Shown piece after piece: positions 53,921 through 64,000 of a stretch of 64,000 nucleotides of DNA. Source of the stretch: the human T2T-CHM13v2.0 reference genome, Homo sapiens. Positions within the stretch are counted from its first letter, which is position 1. The number at the start of each line of letters is the position of its first letter. The stretch lies in the NCBI RefSeq assembly GCF_009914755.1, contig NC_060936.1, one strand, 5' to 3'. Position numbers and translations under genes: made by a program. A model generated the notes under the pieces. That model did not search any database, had not been told where the DNA came from, and saw only the letters and a list, made by a program, of their open reading frames with translations.

Positions 53921-56900
53921 CACCTGGAGGACTGTGGGTATGGGGTGTCCAAGAAGAAAGCTCAGATCTGCCCACGGCAGGTACCTTACTTGGGATTTAC
54001 AATCGACAGGGGTCCGAACGCAGCCCGGGAAAAGAAAGAAAGCAGGTCATTTACAATCTACCGGAGCCAGCCCGTCTTCCCCTCGCTTGCTCTTAGGTCC
54101 CCCATCGCAGTGGGGGGAGGCACCCCTCGTGAGGCGGGAACTGAGAGCCAGCCCCACTTCCCCCCTGGCTCCTGGGACCCCCATCGCAGTGGAGGGAGGC
54201 ACTCCCCGCGAGGCGAGGACTGAGAACCAGCCCCTCTTCCCTCCCTGGTTCTTAGGACCCCCATCGCAGGGGCGGAGGCACCCGCAGCGAGGCGGGGACT
54301 GAGAGCCTGCCCCTCTTACCCCCCTGGCTCTTAGGACCCCCATCGCAGGAGTCGGAGGCACCCCCCGCGAGGCGGGGACTGAGAGAGAGCTCCTCTTCCC
54401 CCCCAGGATCTTAGGACCCCCATCGCGGGGGGGGAGGCACTCCCGCCAGGCGAGGACTGAGAGCCAGCCCCTTTTCATCCCCTGGCTCTTAGGACCCCCA
54501 TCGCAGGGGGGGAGGCACACACCGCAAGGCGGGAACTGAGAGCCAGCCCCACTTCCCCCCTGGCTCTTGGGACCCCCATCGCTGTGCGGGGAGGCACCCC
54601 CCGCGAAGCGGGGACTGAGAGCCTGCCTCTCTTCCCCCCCAGGCTCTTCGGACCCCCATCGCAGGCGGGGGAGGCACCCCCTGCGAGGCGGGGACTGAGA
54701 GCCAGCCGCTCACTCCCCCTGACTCTTAGGACCCCCATTGCAGGGGGGGGACGCACCCCGGAGAGGCGGGGACTGAGAGCCAGCCCCTCTTCCCCCCCAG
54801 GCTCTTGAGACCCCCATCGCAGGGGGGGGCAACCCCCGCGAGGCGGGGACTGAGAACCAGCCCCTCTTCCCCCCCCCCCCGCTCTTAGGTACCCCATCGC
54901 GGGGGGGGAAGCACCCCCCACGAGGCGGGGACTGAGAGCCAGCCCCTCTACCCCCCCATGGCTCTTAGGACCCCCAATGCAGGCGCGTGGCACCCCCCGC
55001 GAGGCGGGGACTGAGAGCCAGAACCTCTTCCCCCCCTGTGTCTTAGAACTTCCATCGCAGCGGGGGAGGCACTCCTCACGAGGCGGTGACTGAGAGCCAG
55101 ACCCTCCCACCCCCGGCTCTTAGGACCCACATCGTAGTGGCGGGAGGCACCACCCGAGAGACGGGGACTGAGAGCCAGCCCCTCTTCCCCCCCTGGCCCT
55201 TGGGACCCCGATCGCAAGGGGGGGAGGCACCCCCCGAGAGGCGGGGATCGAGAGCCTGCCCCTATTCCCCCCCTTGGCTCTTAGGACACCCATCTCATGG
55301 GTGGGAGGCACTTCCAGCGAGGCGGGCACTGAGAGCCCGCCCCTCTTCCCCCCCTGGCTCTTAGGATCCCCATCGCAAGGGGGGAAGACACCGCCCACGA
55401 GTCGGGGACTGAGAGCCAGCCCCTCTTCCCCCGCTGGCTTAGGACCCCCACCGCGGATTCTAAGATCCTTAGCACCCACCTGGAGGACTGTGGGTTTTAG
55501 GTGTCCAAGAAGAAAGCTCAGACCTGCCGACCGCAGGTACCTTACCTGGGATTTACTATCCGACAGGGGTCCGAACGCAGCTCGGGATCAGAAAAAAAGC
55601 AGGTCATTTGCAATCTACCAGAGCCAGCCCCTCTTCCCCCCCTTGCTCTTAGGACCCCCATCGCAGCGGGGCAGACACACACCGCGAGGCGGGAACTGAG
55701 AGCCAGCCCCTCCCACCTCTGGCTCTTAGGACTCACATTGCAAGTGGGGGAGGCATCCTCCGCGAGGCGCAGACTGAGAGCCAGCCCCTCTTCCCCCCCT
55801 GGCTCTAGGGACCCCCATCGCAGGGGGTGGAGGCACCCCACGCGATTCGGGGACTGAGAGCCAGCCCCTCTCCTCCCCCCTGCTCTTCGGACCCCCATCG
55901 CAGGGCGGGGAGGCACCCACCGCGAGGCGGGGACTGAGAGCCAGCCCCTCTACCCCCCGTGGCTCTTAGGAGCCCCATCGCAGGGTGGGAGGCCACCCGG
56001 CGAGGCGAGGATTGAGAGCCAGCCCGTCTTCCCCCCTTGGCTCTTAGGAGCCCCATCGCGGGTGGGGAAGGCACCCCCCGCGAGGCAGGGACTGAGAGCC
56101 AGCCTCTCTTCCTCCCGTGGCTCTTAGGACCCCCATCGCAGTGGGGGGAGGCACCCCCCGCGAGGCGGGGACTGAGAGCAAGCCCATTTCCCCCCCCCCG
56201 GCTCTTAGGACACCCAACGCAGAGAGGGGAGGCACCCCCTGCGAGGCAGGAACTGAGAGCCAGACCCACTTCCCCCCGGCTCTTGGGATCCCCATCGCGG
56301 GGAGGGGAGGCACCCCACACGAGGCGGGGACTGAGAGCCAGCCCCTCTTCCCCCCCTGGCTATTAGGACCCCCATCGCAGGGGGGAGAGGCACCCCCCGA
56401 GAGGCAGGGACGGAGAGCCTGCACCTCTTCCCCCACGGGCTCTTAGGACCCCCATCGCAGGCGCTTCGCACCCCACGCGAGGCGGGTACTGAGAGCCAGC
56501 TCCTCTTCCCCCCGTCTCTTAGGACTGCCATCGCAGAGGGGGAGGTAACCCCCGCCAGGCAGGGACTGACAGCCAGCCCCTCTTCACCTCTGGCTCTTAG
56601 GCCCCCATCGCAGAGTGGGGAGGCACCACATGCGAGGCGGGGACTGCGAGCCAGCCCCACTTCCCCCCTGGCTCTTGGGACCACCATCGCAGTGGGGGGA
56701 GGTACACCCCGCGAGGCGGGGACGGAGAGTCAGCCCCTCTTCCCCCACTGGCTCTTGGGACCCCCATCGCAAGGGGGAGAGGCACCCTCCGCGACGCGGG
56801 GACTGAGAGACAGCCCCTCTCCCCCCACCGGCTCTTCGGACCCCCATCGCAGTGGGGGGAGGCACCCCATGCGAGGCGGGGTCTGACAGCCAACCCCTCT

Positions 56901-59445
56901 TCCCCCTCTGGCTCTTACGACCCCCATCGCAAGGGGGGGAGGCACCCCCCGCGAGGCGGGGACTGAGAGCCAGCCCCTCTTCCCCCGCTGGCTTAGGACC
57001 CCCATCGCGGATCCTAAGATCCTTAGGACCCACCTGGAGGACTGTGGGTATTAGGTGCCCAAGAAGAAAGCTCAGATCTGCCGACGTTACTTTAGATTTA
57101 CTATCCGACAGGGGTCCGAACACAGCTCGGGATCAGAAAGAAAGCAGGTCATTTGCAATCTACCGGAGCCAGGCCCTCTTCCCCCACTAGCTCTTAGGTC
57201 ACCCATGGCGGGGGGGAAGCACCCCCCACGAGGCGGGGACTGAGAGCCAGCGCCTCTCCCCCCCGGGCTATTAGGACCCCCATCGCAGGAGGGGGAGACA
57301 CACCCCAGGAGGCCGGGACTGACAGCCAGCCCCTCTCCCCCCGCTGGCTATTAAGACACCCATCGCAGGGGGTGAGGCAACCCCTATGAGGCGGGGACTG
57401 AGAAGCAGCCCCTCTTTCAACCTTGCTCTTAGGACCCCCATCGCAGGGCGGGGAGGCATCCCCCACGAGGCGGGGACTGAGAGCCAGCCCCTCTTCCCCC
57501 CCATGGCTATTAGGACCCCGAATGCAGGCGCGTGGCACTCCCCGCGAGGCGGGGACTGAGAGCCAGCACCACTTCCCCCCCTGTGTCTTAGAACTGCCAT
57601 CGCAGCGGGGGAGGCACTCCTCACGAGGCGGGGACTGAGAGCCAACCCCTCCCACCCCCAGCTCTTAGGACCCCCATCGCAGTGGGGGGAAGCACCACCC
57701 GAGAGACGGGGACTAAGAGCCAGCCCCTCTTCTCCCGCTGTCCCTTAGGACCCCGATCGCAAGGTGGGAAGGCACCCCCGAGAGGCGGGGATCGAGAGCC
57801 TGCCCTTATTCCCCCCCCTTGGCTCTTTGGAACCCCATCGCAGGGGGGGGAGGCACCCCCCGCGAGTTGGGGACTGAGAGCCAGCCCCTCTTCCCCCCTG
57901 GCTCTTAGGACACCCATCGCAGGGGTGGGAGGCACTTCCATCGAGGCGGGGACTGAGAGCCAGCCCCTCTTCCCCCTCTGGCTCTTAGGATCCCCATCGC
58001 AAGGGGGGAAGACACCGACCGCCGAGTCGGGGACTGAGAGCCAGCCCCTCTTCCCCCCCAGGCTCTTCCGACCCCCATCGCAGGGGGGGGAGGCACCCCC
58101 TGCGAGGCGGGGACTGAGAGCCAGCCCCTCTTCCCCCCCAGGCTCTTGGGACCCCCATCGCAATTGGGGGAGGCATTCTCCGCGAGGCGCGGACTGAGAG
58201 CCAGCCCCTCTTCCCCCCCCTGGCTCTAGGAACCCCCATCGCAGGGGGTGGAGGCACCCCACGCGATTCGGGGACTGAGAGCCAGCCCCTCTCCCCCCAC
58301 CGGCTCTTCGGACCCCCATCGCAGGGGGGGGGAGGCACCCATCGCGAGGCGGGAACTGAGAGCCGGCCCCTCTACCCCCCGTGGCTCTTAGGAGCCCCAT
58401 CGCAGGGTTGGAGGCCACCCAGCGAGGCGAGGATTGAGAGCCAGCCCCTCTTCTCCCCTTGGCTCTTAGGAGCCCCATCGCGGGTGGGGGAGGCACCCCC
58501 CGCGAGGCAGGGACTGAGAGCCAGCCTCTCTTCCTCCCGTGGCTCTTAGGACCCCCATCGCAGTCGCTTCGCACCCCACGCGAGGCGGGTACTGAGAGCC
58601 AGCTCCTCTTACCCCCCGTCTCTTAGGACTGCCATCGCAGGGGGGGAGGTAACCCCCGCCAGGCAGGGACTGAGAGCCAGCCCCTCTTCACCTCTGGCTC
58701 TTAGGCCCCCATCGCAGGGGCGGGAGGCACCCCATGCGAGGTGGGGACTGAGAGCCAGCCCCACTTCCCCCCTGGCTCTTGGGACCACCATCGCAGTGGG
58801 GGGAGGTACACCCCGCGAGGCGGGGACGGAGAGTCAGCCCCTCTTCCCCCACTGGCTCTTGGGACCCCCATCGCAAGCGGGGGAGGCACCCTCCGCGACG
58901 CGGGGACTGAGAGCCAGCCCCTCTTCCCCCACTGACTCTAGGGACCCCCATCGCAGGGGGTGGAGGCACCCCACGCGACGCGGGGACTGAGAGCCAGCCC
59001 CTCTTCCCCCCCTGGCTCTGGGGACCCCCATCGCAGAGGGTGGAGGCACCCCACGAGATGCGGGGACTGAGTCTCAGCCCATCACCGCCCCCCCCCCGGC
59101 TCTTCGGACCCCCATCGGAGGGGGGGAGGCACCCCATGCGAGGCGGGGACTGAGAGCCAGCCCCTCTTCCCCCTCTGGCTCTTAGGACCCCCATCGCAAG
59201 GGGGGAGGCACTCCCCGCGAGGCGGGGACTGAGAGCCAGCCCCTCTTCCCCCGCTGGCTTAGGACCCCCATCGCGGATCCTAAGATCCTTAGGACCCACC
59301 TGGAGGACTGTGGGTATTAGGTGCCCAAGAAGAAAGCTCACATCTGCCGACCGCAGGTGCCTTACTTGGGATTTACTATCAGAAAGGGGTCCCAACGCAG
59401 CTCGAGATCAGAAAGAAAGCAGGTCATTTGCAATCTACCGGAGCC
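53921..59445 (+). mobile_element. Four short (~140-150 bp) copies of the same pol segment at 53921-54068, 55477-55625, 57031-57170 and 59297-59445
   Basis: Each runs cacctggaggactgtgg...aagaagaaagctcag...caatctaccggagcc and translates to KKKAQIC..QVPYLGFTI. Confidence 0.85.
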
Positions 59446-59904
59446 AGCCCCTCTTCCCCCGCTTGCTCTTAGGACCCCCATCGCAGCAGGGCAGACACAC
59501 ACCCCAAGGCGGGAACTGAGAGCCAGCCCCACTTCCCCCCTGGCTCTTGGGACCCCCATCGCTGTGTGGGGAGGCTCCCCCCGCGAAGCGGGGACTGAGA
59601 GCCTGCCCCTCTTCCCCCCCCCAGGCTCTTCGGACCCCCATCGCAGTGGGTTGGAGGCACCCCCTGAGAGGCGGGGACTGAGAGCCAGCGGCTCTTTCCC
59701 CCTGGCTCTTAGGACCCCCATTGCAGGGGGGGGGACGCACCCCCCGCGAGGCGGGGAGTGAGAGCCAGCCCCTCTTCCCCCCCAGGCTCTTCGGACCCCC
59801 ATCGCAGGGGGGGAGGCACCCCCCGCGAGGCGGGGACTGAGAGCCAGCCCCTCTTCCCCCCCCTGGCTAAGACCCCCATCGCGAATCCTAAGATCCTTAG
59901 GACC

Positions 59905-60507
59905 CACCTGGAGGACCCTGGGTATTAGGTGTCCAAGAAGAAAGCTCAGATCTGCCGACGGCAGGTACCTTACTTGGGATTTACTATACCACAAGGGTCC
60001 GAACGCAGCCCGGGATCAGGAAGAAAGCAGGTCGTTTGCAATCTACCGGAGCCTAAGGGCAGAAGGCAGGTGAGAGAATTCTTAGGAGCTGTGGGGTTTT
60101 GTAGACTGTGGATCCCAAACTTTGCAGTATTAGCCAAGCCTTTGTATGAGGTCACAAAGGGGGCGGGGACCGGGAAGCTTTGGAATGGGGATCCCAACAA
60201 CAGGAAGGCTTTCAGGAGTTAAAGGAAAAACTTCTGGCAGCCCCAGCCCTGGGGCTACCAGATCTGACAAAGCCTTTTCCATTGTATGCGTCAGAGAGGG
60301 AAAAGATGGGAGCTGGACTTTTATCCCAAACTGTGGGGACCTGGCTGAGGCCGGAGGCCTACGTCTCTAAACAACTAGACAGGGTTTCTACAGGATGGCC
60401 CCCCTGTTTGAGGGCCTTGGCAGCAACTACTCTGCTAGTACTAGAAGCAAATAAGCTGACTCTTGGGCAAAACCTGAACATAAAGGCCCCCCCAAACTGT
60501 GGTGACT
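59905..60507 (+). mobile_element. Class I (gammaretrovirus-like, HERV-E-like) pol fragment: RT C-terminus/connection domain
   Basis: Translates to SKKKAQICRRQVPYLGF...FLGAVGFCRLWIPNFAVLAKPLYE...[13 protein letters not shown]...KQLD...[11 protein letters not shown], with a frameshift. Confidence 0.85.
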
Positions 60508-60545
60508 GAGAGCCAGCCCCTCTTCCCCCCCTGGCTCTTAGGATC

Positions 60546-61160
60546 CGCAGTGGACTCACAGCCTGTTTACCATATTGTGAGTAATATCATCTCCCCCTCT
60601 GGAGACCTCTGGAGATTATGAACTGTTTCACAGACAGGTGTACACCCGTCTGTATTGGGAGTAATATCATCCTCTTCCTCCCTGAATATTAAGAACAGTA
60701 TCACAGGGGTGTTTCTACTCCCTGCGATATCGCGTGTCGCATCCTCCTCTCCCACGTTGCAATGAGAAACAATATCAGTGGTGGCATGTCCACCTTCTGT
60801 CATATTGAAAGTAATATCATTTTCTTCCCTCCAGGATCGTGGGAACAATATCCCAGGGGGGTTTCCACTTTCTGCCATATATGTAGTCACATCGCCCACT
60901 CCGCCTTGGAATATTATTAAGGACCATCTAACACGAGGGTGTATACGTCCTGCGATATTACGAGTAATATCAACTTCTTGGCCTCTGAATATGAGGAAGA
61001 ATATCACAGGGTGGGTGTACACCTCGTGCTCTATTATGCGGAGTCGTATCTGTCTATTATGGGGAGTAATATCATTCTCTCCCTTTCAGGATATTAATAA
61101 CAATTTCACAGGCTGGGTGAACACAGCCGGCGATGCTGAAATTATTATCATCCTCTCCCA
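60546..61160. repeat. SATR1/SATR2-type satellite block
   Basis: Diverged units containing gatattgggagtaatatcatcctct...gaatattaagaacagtatcacagggg. Confidence 0.75.
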
Positions 61161-61529
61161 CTCTTCCCCTCCTGGCTCTTAGGACACCCATCGCAGGGGG
61201 GGAGGCACCCCCCGCGAGGGGGGGACTGAGAGCCAGCCCCTCTTCCCCCCCTGGCCCTTGGGACCCCCATAGCGGGGGGGGAGGCACACCCCTCGAGGCG
61301 GGGACTGAGAGTCAGCCCCTCTACCCCCCCGGCTCTTGGGAACCCCATCGAAGTGTGGGGAGGCACCGCCCGCAAGGCGGGGACTGAGAGCCAGCCACTC
61401 TTCCCCCCCGGCTCTTGGGATCCCCACCGCAGGGGGGGTAGGCACCCCCCGCGAGGCAGGGACTGAGAGCCAGCCCCTCTTCCCCCCCTGGCTATTACCC
61501 CCATCGTGGATCCTAAGACCCTTAGGACC

Positions 61530-62132
61530 CAAGTGGAGGACTGTGGGTATTAGGTGTCCAAGAAGAAAGCTCAGATCTACCGATGGCAGGTACCTTACTT
61601 GGGATTTACTGTCCGACAGGGGTCCGAATGCAGCCCGGGATCACAAAGAAAGCAGGTCGTTTGCAATCTACCAGAGCCTAAGGGCAGAAGGCAGGTGAGA
61701 GAATTCTTAGGAGCTGTGGGGTTATGAAGACAGTGGATCCCAAACTTTCCAGTTATTAGCCAAGCCTTTGTATGAGGTCACAAAGGGGGCGGGGACTGGG
61801 AAGCTTTGGAATGGGGATCCCAACAACAGCAAGGTTTTCATGAGTTAAAGGAAAAACTTCTGGCAGCCCCAGCCCTGGGGCTACCCGATCTGACAAAACC
61901 TTTTCCATTGTATGTGTCAGAGAGAGAAAAGATGGCAGCTGGACTTTTAACCCAAACTGTGGGGCCCTGGCTGAGGCCGGAGGCCTACGTCTCTAAACAA
62001 CTAGACAGGGTTTTTAAAGGATGGCCCCCCTGTTTGAGGGCCTTGGCAGCATCTACCCTGCTAGTACTAGAAGCAAATAAGCTGACTGTTGGGCAAAACC
62101 TGAACATAAAGGCCACCCATGCTGTGGTGACT
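61530..62132 (+). mobile_element. Second copy of the long ERV pol fragment
   Basis: Near-identical to 59905-60507 ([31 protein letters not shown]...), with additional stops. Confidence 0.85.
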
Positions 62133-62169
62133 GAGAGCCAGCCCCTCTTCCCCCCCTGGCTCTTAGGAT

Positions 62170-62800
62170 CCGCGGTGGACTCACAGCCTGTTTACCATAT
62201 TGTGAGTAATATCATCTCCCCCTCTGGAGATTATGAACTGTTTCACAGACGGGTGTACAACCTTGGTGTACAGAGGGTGTACACCCGTCTGTATTGGGAG
62301 TAATATCATCCTCTTCCTCCCTGAATATTAAGAACAGTATCACAGGGGTGTTTCTACTCCCTGCGATATCGCGTGTCGCATCCTCCTCTCCCACGTTGCA
62401 ATGAGAAACAATATCAGTGGGGCCGTGTCCACCTTCTGTCATATTGAAAGTGATATCATTTTCTTCCCTCCAGGATCGTGGGAACAATATCCCATGGGGG
62501 TGTACCCTTTCTGCCATATATGTAGTCACATCACCCACTCCGCCTTGGAATATTATTAAGGACCATCTAACACGAGGGTGTATACGTCCTGTGATATTGG
62601 GAGTAATATCAACTTCTCGGCCTCTGAATATGAGGAAGAATATCACAGGGTGGGTGTATACCTCGTGCTCTATTATGCGGAGTCGTATCTGTCTATTATG
62701 GGGAGTAATATCATTCTCTCCCTTTCAGGATATTAATAACAATTTCACAGGCTGGGTGAACACAGCCGGCGATGCTGAAATTATTATCATCCTCTCCCCC
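62170..62800. repeat. SATR1/SATR2-type satellite block (duplicate of 60546-61160)
   Basis: Near-identical to the first block. Confidence 0.75.
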
Positions 62801-64000
62801 TCTTCCCCTCCTGGCTCTCAGTCCCCGCCTCACGGGTTATGTAGCGGGTTATGGCAAGAAGACAAACTGCAGTTTCCTGCACAGAACAGCACAAACAATG
62901 ATCCAAGCTCAGTTACAACACAATATTGGTCATCATTTGACCATGGACTTCAATATCAACCCTTAGAAACCTTCCTAAAACAGGTCAGCAAAACACCAAG
63001 AAGCAATATCCTGAATGATAGGAAAATATCCTTGCTTGTGCAAATTGTTTCCACTTAATTTTTTTCAACAAATGTTAATTATATTTTTACTTTCTAAAAA
63101 TTTTTAATAAAATATAGCCTACTTGGTTAAAAATGGTGTCAAAGCTTTTCTAAAAGTTAAGGCATTACATAATTCAGTGGCCCCTGTGGCTGCCATGGAT
63201 AATTCTTTTTTTTCTGTTCATCTTCAAAGAAGGGAATTCAGAATCAGGAAAAGATCTTTGGAAATTCATTAGCATATGGTTTTACTCCGAAACTAAGACC
63301 AAACACAAAGAGAAATGCAGATTTTTCTCATGGAAATAAAACTGCTTTTTTGCATTTTCAATTTGTTTCCAAGTAAGGAAAAACATGTCATTGTTTCTCA
63401 TACCCCCCATTTCTCCTGTTTTCCTTCTTTTCATTTGCTTTTCCCAGTGTATAGCCCACAGAACTAGAGCGAAAGCTTTCTTTTTGGCCCGTATATAATT
63501 TGAACAGAGTATCATCAGGTGTCTAATGTACCACCAAGAGTGGTGCTTACGACAAAAATGTCCTCTAGACATATTCTATGTTCGCTGTGTGAATGAAGAT
63601 ACAAATGGTCATAAATTCCTGGAACGGGAGACCTCATTTCATTCATTTCTATTTAGAGGCTTCCTAGTAGAGTGCCTCATACACAATAACTGGCCAATAA
63701 ATAATTGTTGAGGAAATAAAATAAGATTAATAAGATAATAAGAATCTTATTACCAAAGATTCTTCTTCTCAGAAAGGGTTTGTTGTGATAGCTTTACTAT
63801 TAATATCTCACTCGTCATAGAGTTACAGCTTCTGCATTAAACATATTGCTATTAATATCAGGCCTACATTAATCACCTGGTTGGAAGAAAAGCCTCCATG
63901 GGAATTCATCTGTTGGGCAAGCCACTGCACAATCTTACTAGCATAGGTGAGGTCAGGAATTTTCCGGGAAATGACAGCCAACAGCACATAGCAACTCTTC

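Larger units (their letters stand above)
53712..62833. repeat. 9.1-kb composite tandem array (~79-bp GC-rich unit, ERV pol fragments, SATR satellite)
   Basis: Dozens of copies of a unit close to ggctcttaggacccccatcgcagggggggaggcaccccccgcgaggcggggactgagagccagcccctcttccccccct, interrupted by six pol fragments and two SATR blocks. Confidence 0.92.
48285..64000 (-). pseudogene. OVOS2: Ovostatin-homolog (alpha-2-macroglobulin family) pseudogene, 3' part; continues beyond the window
   Basis: Exons on the - strand: 63877->64000 CYVLLAVISRKIPDLTYASKIVQWLAQQMNSHGGFSSNQ; split exon 62834-62876 plus 53545-53711; 52861-52973 ATLKYNVLLPKK; 51341-51431 YTGIRNKSSMVVIDVKMLSGF; 50900-50968 LENKGQVMKTEVKNDHVLFYLEN; 49485-49587 ...PAPGMVYD*YEK; 48740-48792 EEYALAFYHINSSSVSE*; alternative terminal exon 48285-48313 GEAFLLTN*. 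Collinear with the A2M TED end, CUB and receptor-binding domains. The symbol is inferred from synteny with DDX11. Confidence 0.85.

Noticed and set aside
53712-59900. PRDM9 13-mer (CCNCCNTNNCCNC) in the consensus monomer as the cause of the GC shift
   Set aside because: A manual check of the consensus unit on both strands found no exact match. Individual variants were not scanned.
53934-59994. Many long ORFs (up to 317 aa) on both strands of the GC-rich array
   Set aside because: They are repetitive low-complexity translations of a stop-poor 79-bp unit with frequent frame drift. Nothing supports a real protein.
59905-62132. Active or complete endogenous retrovirus
   Set aside because: Only a ~600-bp pol piece downstream of the YxDD motif is present, with stops and frameshifts, and there are no LTRs, gag or env.
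53712-62833. CRISPR-like repeat/spacer appearance with captured viral fragments
   Set aside because: The context is eukaryotic, the units are contiguous, the inserts are copies of one pol segment rather than unique spacers, and there are no cas genes.
53712-62833. SVA element VNTR
   Set aside because: There is no CCCTCT hexamer head, Alu-like region, SINE-R, poly-A tail or TSD, and the unit differs from the SVA VNTR.

Overview
This is primate (human-like) genomic DNA, recognisable as the DDX11 (ChlR1) locus. Bases 1-9.9 kb are nested transposon relics (class I ERV pol and LTR, Tigger3, MER21, L1, MLT2, Alu) plus a full-length sense-oriented LTR12 solo LTR. A CpG-island promoter at about 10.3 kb drives DDX11 on the + strand. 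I assembled 26 coding exons (14888-40330) with GT-AG boundaries into an uninterrupted 906-aa Fe-S SF2 DEAH helicase. An alternative acceptor 5 nt downstream in exon 25 gives a frameshifted 970-aa C-terminus, and a 188-nt poison exon lies in intron 5. Tail-to-tail with DDX11 (about 41.3-43.3 kb, - strand) is a decayed, intron-containing WASH/WASHC1 remnant with six exons, which lacks the WH2 exon. From 48.3 kb to the window end (- strand) are the 3' exons of an ovostatin/alpha-2-macroglobulin-family pseudogene (OVOS2-like). One of its exons is split by a 9.1-kb composite array (53712-62833) made of a ~79-bp GC-rich tandem unit, gammaretroviral pol fragments and SATR-type satellite. Removing the array exactly restores the reading frame. 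The GC-rich unit looks like an AT-to-GC-shifted derivative of the SATR unit, and the junctions show microhomology and inverted segments. Family and gene names come from recalled sequence, not from database searches. Repeat boundaries are approximate.
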